From positions 1 through 56,613 of the forward strand of contig CBDDTI010000523.1 of the NCBI GenBank assembly GCA_965233585.1: DNA of 56,613 bases, given 5' to 3'. Shown one piece after another: positions 20,946 through 31,750 of the stretch; the first letter of the stretch is position 1; every line of letters begins with the position of its first letter. A model generated the notes under the pieces. It had not been told where the DNA came from. It searched no databases and was given only the letters and a program-made list of their open reading frames with translations. Source of the DNA: a bacterium (GTDB taxonomy: Bacteria > SAR324 > NAC60-12). The translations under genes and the position numbers were made by a program.

Positions 20946-20947
20946 TT

Positions 20948-21322
20948 TTAACGACGACGTCGCGAACTCTTATTTGCAATAATTTGGGCCAAAAGAGGGA
21001 TGACGGTGCTGGCGATCGCTGATAAAACTCCTAAAATTCCGCCTTTTTGTAATATTTTTCTTTTTTTTGAAATGTCGGAAGAACGACGCGGCGGTGCAGC
21101 AAGACGTCTAAATTCTGACAAATGAGCTCTTATCTTTTTTTGAAGACGTGTTCGTACTTTGCCATGTATGGGCAAGTCACCGTTCAACACGTAATGTAAT
21201 ATACGACAAAGCAATTCAACTCCGCGATCGTCCAAATGACTTAAAAAATTGGCACAATCCTGATGTTTTAATTTTTTTATTACATAAAAAAGTGAACTAG
21301 CTTTTCCTAATGTTTTAGACAT
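20948..21322 (-). CDS. Conserved small Polinton basic protein with a Q-x-GG cleavage-like motif
   Basis: LCRILHYVLNGDLPI...RRLA...KKRKILQKGGILGVLSAIASTVIPLL. Confidence 0.75.
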   Translation of the reverse strand: MSKTLGKASSLFYVIKKLKHQDCANFLSHLDDRGVELLCRILHYVLNGDLPIHGKVRTRLQKKIRAHLSEFRRLAAPPRRSSDISKKRKILQKGGILGVLSAIASTVIPLLAQIIANKSSRRRR

Positions 21323-21370
21323 TTTGACAGTTGCAATTTTTTATTTTTCTTAAATAGATATGAAAATCCT

Positions 21371-22066
21371 TTAAACGGTAACGTAAGCTTTCATCAGTCC
21401 CTCGTACGGAAAAATGTTGCTTCGAATTCTGACTTTATCGTCTTGTTGTTGATGGAAATCTAGAAGGAGATATCCGTGACTTCGACCGTTAACAGCTTCC
21501 CTGTATGCTTTATTTAAAATTCCGACTCGTCCGGGGAAAATTTGTTTAGCCAAATGCGCAACCGCACTTCTGTCCCGAGGATTGTTAAAAAGAACCATAT
21601 ACTGAGTGTTTATGCTTAATGTCCGCAAATCACCTTTTTTATCAAATAAATTTTGACACAGAAAAACGGTGAAACAATTGTAGTGATGAGTCAAAACCGT
21701 AAAAAAATGTTTTAATATTTGTCCAACATCGTCTAAATAATCATCAAAAACAACTAATTTGGGCATTTTTCTTGGATATGATTCCAAAATATCTTTTAGT
21801 TCTTCAATCGAATTTGGAATACTTTTAAATTTACGAAATGTTGGAAAACGAGAGTTTGAACGTTTGTCTCGATTCATATCATCTTCCATGTATTCATAAG
21901 CTTTTTGTGGTTCTTTGTAGAACAACAACATTGTTTCTGGTGGAGTTGCAAAATATTCATGCCTACCAACCACTAAATGTTTAAGCCACGTTGTTTTTCC
22001 ACTCGATGTTGGGCCAACAATTAACATGTTGGAAGGAATACTGAACCTTAAATCAAAACCATCCAT
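21371..22066 (-). CDS. A32/FtsK-like genome packaging ATPase
   Basis: Walker A GPTSSGKT, Walker B LVVFDD, THHYNCFTVFLCQNLF, RTLSINTQYMVLFNNPRD and HGYLLLD. Confidence 0.95.
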   Translation of the reverse strand: MDGFDLRFSIPSNMLIVGPTSSGKTTWLKHLVVGRHEYFATPPETMLLFYKEPQKAYEYMEDDMNRDKRSNSRFPTFRKFKSIPNSIEELKDILESYPRKMPKLVVFDDYLDDVGQILKHFFTVLTHHYNCFTVFLCQNLFDKKGDLRTLSINTQYMVLFNNPRDRSAVAHLAKQIFPGRVGILNKAYREAVNGRSHGYLLLDFHQQQDDKVRIRSNIFPYEGLMKAYVTV

Positions 22067-22129
22067 TTTGCTAGTTTTTGAAAAATATTTAAAAATTTTT
22101 TCTTAAATAAAAGTAACAATATGTTTTAT

Positions 22130-25100
22130 TTATTTACAAATAGGGCATTTAGATGATTTGTTGTTGACAATAAGACAATTTCCTAGTGATAAAGTGTGAT
22201 ATCCGCAATTCAAAATGTGTCTTTTGGAATCCATTGCTGATAACGCAATCTTTCTTTGAAAACATGTCCGAATTTTATGATTCTTTGATCTTAAGTTTTT
22301 GAAAGATTTGTAAATTAGAACAGTCCGTTTCAGACATTTTTTGTAATCGTTATAGGTTAATTGCTTTTTTATGCTAGATTTTTTTAAACCTTTGCAAATT
22401 TTCTTTTCTTCTGTTTTGTTTTTGTCTGAAAAATCAGTAATTTTCATAGAATAACATTTTGGACGTAAGCCTATAAAGTGAGTAATAGCTGCTCTGCCTT
22501 TTAGTTCGTCTTTGAAATAAAAAAGCTGATTGGCTCTACTGTCATCGAAAAGAGGATGTTGTTTGGGGTACTTTGAAAAATCAAATATGTGCTCCAATTT
22601 TTTCATTTCCCTTTCCAAGTTGTTGCATCTTACTTTTAAAAGAAAAGAATCCGTGTCTGAGAAACATAAAGACACATTTTCTTCGCCAAAATGTTGTTGA
22701 ATCGTGTCATAATACGATCTGTACATAAACAACTTGGACAATTCCAAAATAGAAAATCCAACAGCTAAAGGCTTCCTGAGCTCTATTATTGCCGGCTTCT
22801 TGTTGACAGCCACCAAGTTTTCATTGATGATTTGAAAACTGTTGATGTGTTGACCAAGACTGGCTTTCCTTAAGCTCTGTTCATCACCACAAAGGACCAC
22901 TTCAGAGTAATTTCGAACATTTTCTGAAATGCAGAATAAGATTTATTTAATAAAGAAAATTGATTATGTGCGCAATCACCTCAGCTAACTAGCCGTCCCA
23001 TATCACATTTCATTTTCCTCTGTAATTAGCAATGTACTATAATTTACTTCAATTTGAAATCATTCCTTTTTTAAAGCCCGACATAAACGGACATCAAAAA
23101 TTCCAACAAAATAAACACTAAGTCAAAATGGATAAAAAAGATCAGGAAAAGAGCAAAGCTTTTTGGTTAAAAGTAATAGAATCAGCCCAGGAGGAGGCAA
23201 CTTCAAGTCCGACTTCTGGCAGTAGCTCTACCGGGGCTGCGGCTGGGGGAGCATGGTCATCTACTAAAACTGAGGGAGCATGGTCATCTTCTGGGGCTGC
23301 GGGTGGAGGATCATGGGCATCTTCCGAGCGTCCCGTGGCACCTGCTTGGCCATCACGGACTCCGTACAAGTCCGTCCCACAAAAATCAGGGTCGGAGTCG
23401 TGGAAGAGCGCATCTACTGCCGGGGTCGGGGGCGGAGGAGCATGGTCATCCACTAAAACCGGAGGAGCATGGTCATCTTCTGCGGCCTTGGGTGGGGAAT
23501 CATGGTCATCTTCCGAACGTCCCGTGGCACCTGCTTGGCCATCACGGACCCCGTACAAGTCCGTCCCACAAAAATCAGAGCGGGAGTCGTGGAAGAGCGC
23601 ATCTACTGTCGGAGCCGGGAGTGGGGGAGCATGGTCATCTACTAAAACTGGAGGAGCATGGTCATCTTCTGGGGCTGTGGGCGGAGGAGCATGGTCATCT
23701 GCTAAAAATGAGGGGGCATGGTCATCCACTAAAACTGCGGGAGCATGGTCATCTTCTGCGGCCTTGGGTGGGGGATCATGGGCATCTTCCGAACGTCCCG
23801 TGGCACCTGCTTGGCCATCACGGACCCCGTACAAGTCCGTCCCACAAAAATCAGGGTCGGAGTCGTGGAAGAGCGCATCTACTACCGGGGCTGGGGGCGG
23901 GGGAGCATGGTCATCCACTAAAACCGGAGGAGCATGGACATCTTCTGGGGCTGTGGGCGGAGGAGCATGGTCATCTGCTAAAACTGAGGGGGCATGGTCA
24001 TCTACTAAAACTGGAGGAGCATGGTCATCTTCTGCGGCTTTGGGTGGAGAATCATGGGCATCTTCCGAGCGACCCGTAGCACCTGCTTGGCCATCACGAA
24101 CCCCGTACAAATCCGTCCCACAAAGGTCGGAGTCAGAGTCACGAAAGCAGACCTCTCATCGCGTGTCATTTGATTTGTCTTCACAATCAACACAAAAATC
24201 TAAACCACAACCCTATACTCACGTGGAACCTTCACCAACACCAGAAGTGCGTCAAGTAACGGCATTTCCATCAGTGTGGTCTCCGTCTACAGCTCGAAAA
24301 GTTACAAAAAAAAATTAAAATTTAAATTTGATCATTTTTCTTTTTCTTTTTGATTACAAAATAAACACATCATTTTATAAAAATTGATTTTTCAAAAGTT
24401 TGCGTACTTGATTAATTCATTTTGCGAATTTTTAATTTAATATTGATTTAATATTATGAATATTTATGAGATAATTTGCTAATTAATATGTGAAGGTTTG
24501 GAGATTCATTTTCTAAAATTGACAAAACCATGCGGGAAAATTCAAAACAAATTTAGAGAAGGAAGAGGAGAAGGAGAAGGAAAAGGAAAATGGACAAGGT
24601 AAAGTTAGGAAGGATGAGGAGGGGGAAATACGAGGTGTTGAGGGCGAAATGGACGGAAGAGGAGGAGGAGGAGAAGTTCAAGCTGCTGCCGGACCCGCCA
24701 TTGAGCGAGACACCGCCGCGTCCACCACTGATGTGGGGCGGTGGCCGTTTTAGACGGCTTGCCAGAGGCTTGATCATGATGATCAGGACGGCCGCCGCCT
24801 CCGTCGCCGACTTTGTCGCCGGTCGTCCGGACGTCATCCCCACCGACGTCATCCCCGCCAACGTCATCCCCACCGACGTCAGCCCCGCCGACGTCATCCC
24901 CGCCGACGTCAGCCCCGCCAACGAAGCCGATGTTTCTGAAGATGACGATTTTGATGAGGCTAAGTGTGTGGTTGGTGCCGGCAGGACGTACTGCCGCAAC
25001 TGTCGCCGGTACCACCACGCACTTGTGCCTCAAAATTAAAGAAAAATACAAAAAATGACCCCAAATTCGTTTGAGTATTTAACAAATTCATTTTTTACAG

Positions 25101-28037
25101 AAAAATGGACTGCGTCAAATTACGCTTTTGCGTCTTTTACAATCTCAACATCATTAAATTATCTTATCTCAAAACTTACCAATAAATTTTCCAAAAGTAG
25201 AGTTGGCAAAAAGTTTAAAAAGCCGGAGTTCAAAGTCATTGCGAGCATTTGATCGCAGCTTTGTGACCTTTTCGATGAACTCCTTCAAAAAAGCTTTTTG
25301 TCGAAACTTCATGACTCTTCTTATCTTCAGCAACTTCATGCCCTTTTTCAAGTAGTACTGCAGGTTTTCCAGATGCACCACGTACTTTTTTCGGTCATAA
25401 AAAGTGCTCAACAATTTCTTGCTCCGGTATCTTTTGTTCCTATAATCTCGAGGACAGTGATGTTTCAGTAAACGGCGATTGTAAGGAGATAGATGTTTAA
25501 AAGAAACCGTGTCTGTATACGGAGCCAGCGGAAATTGATCGTGTGCCTGAAAATGATATCATGTAACTTGTCAAAACAATAAATAACGTATCACAACAAA
25601 GATCGGATTTACCTGGTGAAGATGAGAAGGATAATGCAAATCAACTTCGAACGCATATCCAGTATCGTCTTGCGAAGGAATGTTGATAATATCTTCGGCA
25701 GTCCATTTTTTAAATTCTGTTTTTGAAACCCATTGGAAATCAGAAACTGGTAATTTTAAAGTTTCCATACTCCCGTATAAGTTGTTGGCTGAAAAATTGT
25801 ACGGATCATAACAAAAATGATTTCATCAGATAATACAGTATAAAATTACCATCAATGTATAACAAGTGATCGCCGCTTTTTCTAGGATTGCTATTCCCTT
25901 TGGCATAACGCTGAGCGATAAAACTTTGCCCACCTCTGATACCCTTTGTAAAAAAACGCTCCATTTCAGGATCGGAATAGACATCTAATGATCCGAGGGG
26001 TTTGGAGGTTTCAGATTCGGATGTGAGCTTATTATCTGATTTAGCTTGTTCTGAATTTTGAAAGAACATAAGCATGACATCAAAACTCAAGCCAGGAATT
26101 CCTAATTTAGGTAGAACAAATTTAGTATTACGATACATCCAACAGTAAAGATTAAAGTTTACCTAGATAATAAACAGGATCCAATTGAAAATGTTCCATA
26201 ACCATTTTCCTGTACTGAAGAAATGCTTCACACAGCAAAACAACGTCTAAAGAACAATAGAGCATCATGTAATCCACCACATTCTTGCATTTGAACGATT
26301 TAAAGACTTCTTGAGCATGGGAATAATCCGCTTCCGTAATGTGTTCTTCGTTTAATTCAGAATAAAAAGAGTCTTTGGACGGAAGGTTTCGACTTTTCTT
26401 CATCTCTTGTAAAGATTGGAAATGTTCGTAACAAAAAACGCCTTTTCTTTTTAAAAGTTTTAAAGCTTTTGATTTTTGACGAACAGGAATTTTTTTATAT
26501 CTTTCCATTTGTTGTAAAATGGGAAAGGTAAAATTTGAGGTCTGATTCAAATCTTGAACAAGTGCATCTAGACTGCCAGAAATGTGCTCTAACGAATCTT
26601 GAATTTTAAATTTGCCCAATGTAAGAGTGCGAAACTTTTCACTGTTTTTTGCTAAGACTTTTACATTTTGCTTAAATTTGGAAACATTTAACTCTTCCAC
26701 GATTAAATGCAAATCGTATCTGAAACGCGTACATAATTTGTGTTAGTTTAATAAATAAACCCAATTAAGACTTCTTACCCTTGAGCGTTGTGGAAAAAAA
26801 TTGGTGTGTGAAAGGGGCCGGATCTCGTCAAGTTACACAGTGAATGAGCTGCGCCCATTATTTTCCCTGTCACGTGATCATGATCTAGAACTTTTCTGTA
26901 ATTTCTAGAGTACTTTTTGAATTGACCACCACAAATATGACAAACTTTTGCTTTTTGATACATTTGCCATTCTTGCGGACTAGATTGATTTTTAACAATA
27001 TGTCTGAATTTTTGTTTTCTTTCGTCAACAACTTTTTCATAGAAATGCATTCGATCCAAAAAATGTTTGGCTGCATCCTCTCCTACATATTCTTCTTGAA
27101 AAAATACCTCATCATTCGAATCCACAAAAAGCAAGCTATACCCCACTGGTCTATGCACGTTTATATCGTCACTGGTGGGAAAAGCACACAAACACTCAGT
27201 TTTTAAACAGAGTTGACATTTAGATCGTTCTTTGTTTCTTTGAAGTACACATTCAAAATCACAAAATCCAACAACAGGAGCATGAAATTTATGTTTATGA
27301 TTGGTAAAACTTATGGAGGAATTTTTACTTGGGTAGATAGCACGTTGTTTATCACAGCAAGTGTTTTCGTGTTTTTCTTTTTTAGATTTGGATCGAAAAT
27401 GAAGCAGACATTTTTCACAATAGATGTGCTTCTGTTGAGCTGCTTTTTTACCCGACAACAGTCCGGCCCGATTATTCAAAAAACCTTGGATTTTGGTAAT
27501 TTTAAAGAAATGGTGCTGTTGATTTAAATCCTTGATCTTTTTAAACTTGGAAGAAAAACCCAATTTGACATTAGAACTACAATTGACAATCTTTTTACAA
27601 GAAGATTTTTTCTTGCGTTGAATTGGTTTTGCAAGGCGAGAAAATGGAGATTCATTTTCAAGAGAGATTTCAGGATCATATTTTATCATTAACAAATTTA
27701 AAATGTTTTTGTTTCTGTTGTTGTTTTTATTAGTAAAAAAACCTAACTTTGAAACTTGACCTTCACTCTCATAAAAAACTGAAATTGAAATTGGTAAATG
27801 GGAGTTTCTATTTAAGAATTTTTTTAAATTACAAAATTGAAGAGGGAATTTGAAACCTCTTATATTAAACTTTTTAAGATACTTTATCGGCATTTGACGA
27901 AAATCAACAACGGAAACCGTTTCCTCAGGAAAAAGATGTCTAATGTACAGATAAAGAAAATTGAATTTATCGTAACGAGTTTTCCATTCCAAGCAATTAG
28001 ATCTCTTTAAATCACGTGGAATTTCTATAAAATCCAT
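22130..28037 (-). CDS. polB: Protein-primed DNA polymerase B, six exons (1134 aa when spliced)
   Basis: Exons 28037-26779, 26719-26163, 26101-25850, 25788-25613, 25546-25180 and 22923-22130 total 3405 nt in one open frame. GT-AG splicing rebuilds HNAQGYDLH, YYLGIPGLSFD, YIDANNLYG, HQAHDQFPLAP and KLFANSTFGKFIENVR. Also has DFEC (ExoI), DTDS and an EndoVII-like CHIC...DHDH...HSLCN insert. Confidence 0.92.
23128..24318 (+). CDS. Ser/Gly/Trp repeat protein nested antisense in pPolB intron 5
   Basis: 396 aa, ATG in AAAATG context; many GGAWSS units and four SERPVAPAWPSRTPYKSVPQ blocks; AATAAA at about 24360. Confidence 0.75.
   Translation: MDKKDQEKSKAFWLKVIESAQEEATSSPTSGSSSTGAAAGGAWSSTKTEGAWSSSGAAGGGSWASSERPVAPAWPSRTPYKSVPQKSGSESWKSASTAGVGGGGAWSSTKTGGAWSSSAALGGESWSSSERPVAPAWPSRTPYKSVPQKSERESWKSASTVGAGSGGAWSSTKTGGAWSSSGAVGGGAWSSAKNEGAWSSTKTAGAWSSSAALGGGSWASSERPVAPAWPSRTPYKSVPQKSGSESWKSASTTGAGGGGAWSSTKTGGAWTSSGAVGGGAWSSAKTEGAWSSTKTGGAWSSSAALGGESWASSERPVAPAWPSRTPYKSVPQRSESESRKQTSHRVSFDLSSQSTQKSKPQPYTHVEPSPTPEVRQVTAFPSVWSPSTARKVTKKN
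24590..25039 (+). CDS. Hypothetical protein nested in pPolB intron 5 (P-A/T-D-V repeats, Cys/His C-terminus)
   Basis: 149-aa GC-rich ORF with AT-rich flanks; 15-nt tandem repeat at 24825-24920; ends CRNCRRYHH. Confidence 0.55.
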   Translation: MDKVKLGRMRRGKYEVLRAKWTEEEEEEKFKLLPDPPLSETPPRPPLMWGGGRFRRLARGLIMMIRTAAASVADFVAGRPDVIPTDVIPANVIPTDVSPADVIPADVSPANEADVSEDDDFDEAKCVVGAGRTYCRNCRRYHHALVPQN

Positions 28038-28089
28038 TTCCAAAGTTTATTTGAAATTTTTTTGAATAAAACAAAATAAGTTTATTAAA

Positions 28090-28809
28090 TCAAATGCTAG
28101 TAATTTGAATATCGCTAAAAGATAAAGATTCAAATCTCCATCCAGAACCTCTCATTAACAAATCTTCTTCTCTATTTACTAAATTATGTAATAATTTTTG
28201 GACTTTGCCTTTTAACGAGCGGGATGAATCAAAAGACGTGAATTGAATGTAGCTGGTTCTTAGAGCAAAAACATCTCGATCATTGGACAATATTTGAGGC
28301 GACGACTGATCAGAAGGTTTATCAGAGGTATCATCAATATTGGTAGTATCTAGTTCAATGTCCTTCTTCTCTGCAGCGGAATTCAAATCAGGAATTTGAT
28401 ACGCCGCTGTCAAAATAAGGGCAACTTTAACCGTAAAAGTTTTACTTAGTTCGTGACAAATAACGTCAACTATTTCTTGTCTATTTTTTTTATTTGCAAC
28501 AAATCCTTGAAGCGTTTCTTTTGAAAAAATGTGTTTTCGATAAAATTTGATTTTTCCGTTAAGTGCGGATTTGTACAATGAATAATTTAAATTTTCTAAA
28601 TGAGAAGCGTCAATGTGTGAGACTAAATCTTTTCTTGATTTAAAGGAACTTACTTCGTTCTTACAAAATGGGCATTGAAACGACTGATTAAGTGGGGTCC
28701 GAGCTCGAGATTTTGTAGTTTCGCGATGACGGAATAAATGATGTTTGTCGCGAGAAGATTTTCTGTCAAATGATTTTTGGCATTCGGGACACACGTAAGA
28801 TTTCGGCAT
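28090..28809 (-). CDS. C2H2 zinc-finger protein ending in the GSGW motif normally found at the pPolB N-terminus
   Basis: CPECQKSF...DKHHLFRH and CPFC...LVSHIDASH; C-terminal EEDLLMRGSGWRFESL. Confidence 0.8.
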   Translation of the reverse strand: MPKSYVCPECQKSFDRKSSRDKHHLFRHRETTKSRARTPLNQSFQCPFCKNEVSSFKSRKDLVSHIDASHLENLNYSLYKSALNGKIKFYRKHIFSKETLQGFVANKKNRQEIVDVICHELSKTFTVKVALILTAAYQIPDLNSAAEKKDIELDTTNIDDTSDKPSDQSSPQILSNDRDVFALRTSYIQFTSFDSSRSLKGKVQKLLHNLVNREEDLLMRGSGWRFESLSFSDIQITSI

Positions 28810-28895
28810 TCTTACAAAATTCTGAAATCAAAATTTATTTTAACATTAATTTGAGACTACATTTTATAATATATACATTATGAACTCAAAAAATC

Positions 28896-29681
28896 TTAAG
28901 AAGACAACAACTCCCTACATCGTTGCAATTGAGTGTTTAATCTTTGGCATTCGTTTTGAAGCCAAAGATTTTGTCGCTCAAGTGATCGTATTTGACGTTG
29001 AATCAAAGACTCAGCATATCTTTCATTAATATCGAAAATTACTCTTCTTCTGTTGAATAAATGTTCGACACAAGTAGAATAGTGGTAGTCATCATCCGTC
29101 TCATCAAAATCCTCCTCCTCCTCAAATTCTTCCCCATCGCTGTTTATAAAAATAACGGAACTTGAACGAGAACCGTTTATGGTAGAGGCCGAAGTTTGAG
29201 TTGCTGGACGACGGTAAGGGTGAAAATATCTTCCACCCCTGCCAGCACCGCCTCCAACCTCCCGCCCAGCCCTTGGAGCAGAAGTAGATGGTTGAGGATT
29301 TCTTTGAATTGGTTGACCTCGACCAACACCACGCCCGACATTCGAAATATTTGAGGTGTTGCGGACAGACCCACCTCGTCCAACTCCGCGTCCAGCAAAA
29401 AGGGGGTTTGAGACGTTATTTGGTCTCGCTAACCTCTCACCTCGTCCAATCGGTACAACAGTTGGAGAGACTGATGTTAAATCATCAGAATTGATGGTTG
29501 ATGTCAAATCGTCAGAGTTATTAATAACGTTTGTAAGGTCCGATGTTGAATCATCGGCAGCGTTGTTGTTGTTGTTGATGTTAGAGTTTGATGTTGAATC
29601 ATCAGCAATACGTACTGTAACCCTTAACCCTTGTGAGTCATGGGTTACTTGACGAGATTCAGAATTGTTAAGACCAGGCAT
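28896..29681 (-). CDS. RG/RGG-rich, acidic protein with a C-terminal heptad coiled coil
   Basis: GRG repeats, FHPYRR, EEFEEEEDFDETDDD and IRSLERQNLWLQNECQRLNTQLQRCRELL; TATA-like TATAAAA on the minus strand at about 29771-29777. Confidence 0.75.
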   Translation of the reverse strand: MPGLNNSESRQVTHDSQGLRVTVRIADDSTSNSNINNNNNAADDSTSDLTNVINNSDDLTSTINSDDLTSVSPTVVPIGRGERLARPNNVSNPLFAGRGVGRGGSVRNTSNISNVGRGVGRGQPIQRNPQPSTSAPRAGREVGGGAGRGGRYFHPYRRPATQTSASTINGSRSSSVIFINSDGEEFEEEEDFDETDDDYHYSTCVEHLFNRRRVIFDINERYAESLIQRQIRSLERQNLWLQNECQRLNTQLQRCRELLSS

Positions 29682-29899
29682 TTTTACCTTGAGAATTGAC
29701 TTGGGGTAGAAGACTTTTCTTGGTAAATGAACGAAAATGGAATGACGGAATGGAAAATATAAATCCTGACTTTTATAGAAATTTAAGCGGTGAGGCGCTC
29801 ACTTTTAAACGGTTTCTAGACCAATCGCACAAGGAAATAACTGCACGAGAAAAATCCTGCCCAACACCCTGAACAATCAAATTTCTGACAGTAAATTTA

Positions 29900-30225
29900 T
29901 GGTCACTGATTGTCGATGCAACGTGCATCATTTAATCTCAGTTTAATACTTAAATCAATGAAAATTTTATGATCATGATATTTCAAGTTTTTTAAATTCC
30001 TTGGACACGTGCTTGGTTGACAATGCAATGTGCATCATCTAATCTTTGTTAAATACTTCAATCAACGGAAAATTTATGTTCATGTCATTTTGAGTTTTTA
30101 AAATTCCTTGAACACGTGCTTGGTTGACAATGCAATGTACATCATCTAATCTCCGTTAAATACTTCAATCAACGGAAAATTTATGTTCGTGTCATTTTGA
30201 GTTTTTAAATTTCTTGATCACAAGC
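29900..30225. repeat. About three copies of a 107-bp tandem repeat in a divergent intergenic region
   Basis: ACACGTGCTTGGTTGACAATGCAATG at 30005 and 30112, plus a degenerate copy from about 29900. Confidence 0.85.
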
Positions 30226-30432
30226 TTAGTTTCTTAATTGAAATTTTATTTCAATGATCGTATCGAACACTTGCCCTCACACATGGACGGTGTTGGGTCC
30301 TTTAGGGCGTCAACTAGCGCATGTTGGTGGTAGACATTAAACTTTAAAAAGGTTTAAAAGAATGGAATTTTTATTTTGAATGTCAGTATAAATTTGAGTT
30401 TAGAGTAAATAACCCGCATTTAAGAAAAGAAC

Positions 30433-31646
30433 ATGAAGGAATCACCAATAAAAAAGAGAAAATTAAATTCTCGCATCAAAGATGCCAAAGAGGACAATCA
30501 TAAGATTATTCAGGAGGAGAAAAAGAAGAAGACCAAAAAGGAGACAGAAAAAAATGATAAAAAGATTGGTAAGAAGAAACGTGAAACTAGGAACTCCAAG
30601 AAGAATTCAAATAAAAAACATCAATTAAGATCAGGTAATTTGAAATTTATATTTTTATTACGTGAACATTATTTGCTATTTTGATCAACATTTTAGAAAA
30701 GAAACAAAAAAAGAAAGAAAACATGTCAACATCGGAATCAGATGACATGTCTGAAGAAATTGAGGAATCGGAAGCGGAAGAGTTAACTTCCAACTCTGAT
30801 GATGCTTCAACTGAAGTAGAACAACCGAGCGATGAAAGTTCAGAAAATAATGACGATGATGATGATGATGATGATGTTGATGATGACAATGTAATTAGTA
30901 CGGATGAAGACCTTGACGAACAGACACAAGATGTTTTAGGAAAGAAAAGAAAAAATCCGATTAAGAAGATGCTGAAGTTAGAAAATGAAATTAACAACCA
31001 CGCGGTTTATGAAGGTGCGTCGTTGATGGCGTATCAAATTTTAATGAATGAAGAGGAGCAAAAAGTATTTTTTCGAAATTGGACAACTGAAAAAATGGCT
31101 GACACTAGAGACATTGATTTTGTGGAATGGCAAAAAGAACATTCTACAAGAGAAGCGTACTTTTTTGGGCCAGATAACGTAAGTTTTGATAATTAAATTT
31201 GGCTTGATTTTATTGCAGAAATAATAAAATTTTTATTCCAGTACATGTACATAAATCCGGCTACACTAAAGAAGTTTATTGAACTAATCAAGAACAAAAA
31301 GGTGGATGAAAAAAGTGTTAGCCTTCCAATAAAACCAATGTATAAGGTCGTATACCTTAATCCTCAAGTGACCGTAGGAATCACTGGTTTGAGGCATATT
31401 CAAAAAGCTGGAGGATTGTCGACCTGGCCGGTAATCTACATGAAAAAGGAACACGTAAGTAAAATTGATAGCAAAAATTGATCACTTTTAAACCGCATGC
31501 TTTTTCAGTATAATGAAAACAACCAACAATATTCGACAAAAATCATGAAAATCCAGGTACCTTTGAGAGGATTGGAAGAAATAACAAAGGCGTTCATGGA
31601 ATTGTGTTTCGGCATTAAAAAAAAACTACCCAAAATTCAACAATGA
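30433..31646 (+). CDS. Four-exon Lys-rich/acidic nuclear protein (344 aa), possible PC4-like C-terminus
   Basis: Exons 30433-30634, 30697-31178, 31242-31454 and 31509-31646; GT-AG introns of 62, 63 and 54 nt keep frame; TATAAA at about 30387. Confidence 0.8.
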
Positions 31647-31750
31647 AATGAGGTGGTTACTGTGTACATATGTATATTTTAAAATAAAAGAGATGCGCAT
31701 ACTCTAAATAATACCTTACCTACTAATACAATAAAATATAAAATAAAAAT

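Noticed and set aside
23142..24110. 322-aa minus-strand ORF and 258-aa alternative-frame ORF
   Set aside because: Shadows of the in-frame repeat gene at 23128-24318, which has the start context and poly(A) signal.
22130..28043. pPolB as a decayed pseudogene
   Set aside because: Every break is bounded by GT...AG, and splicing restores the frame and catalytic motifs.
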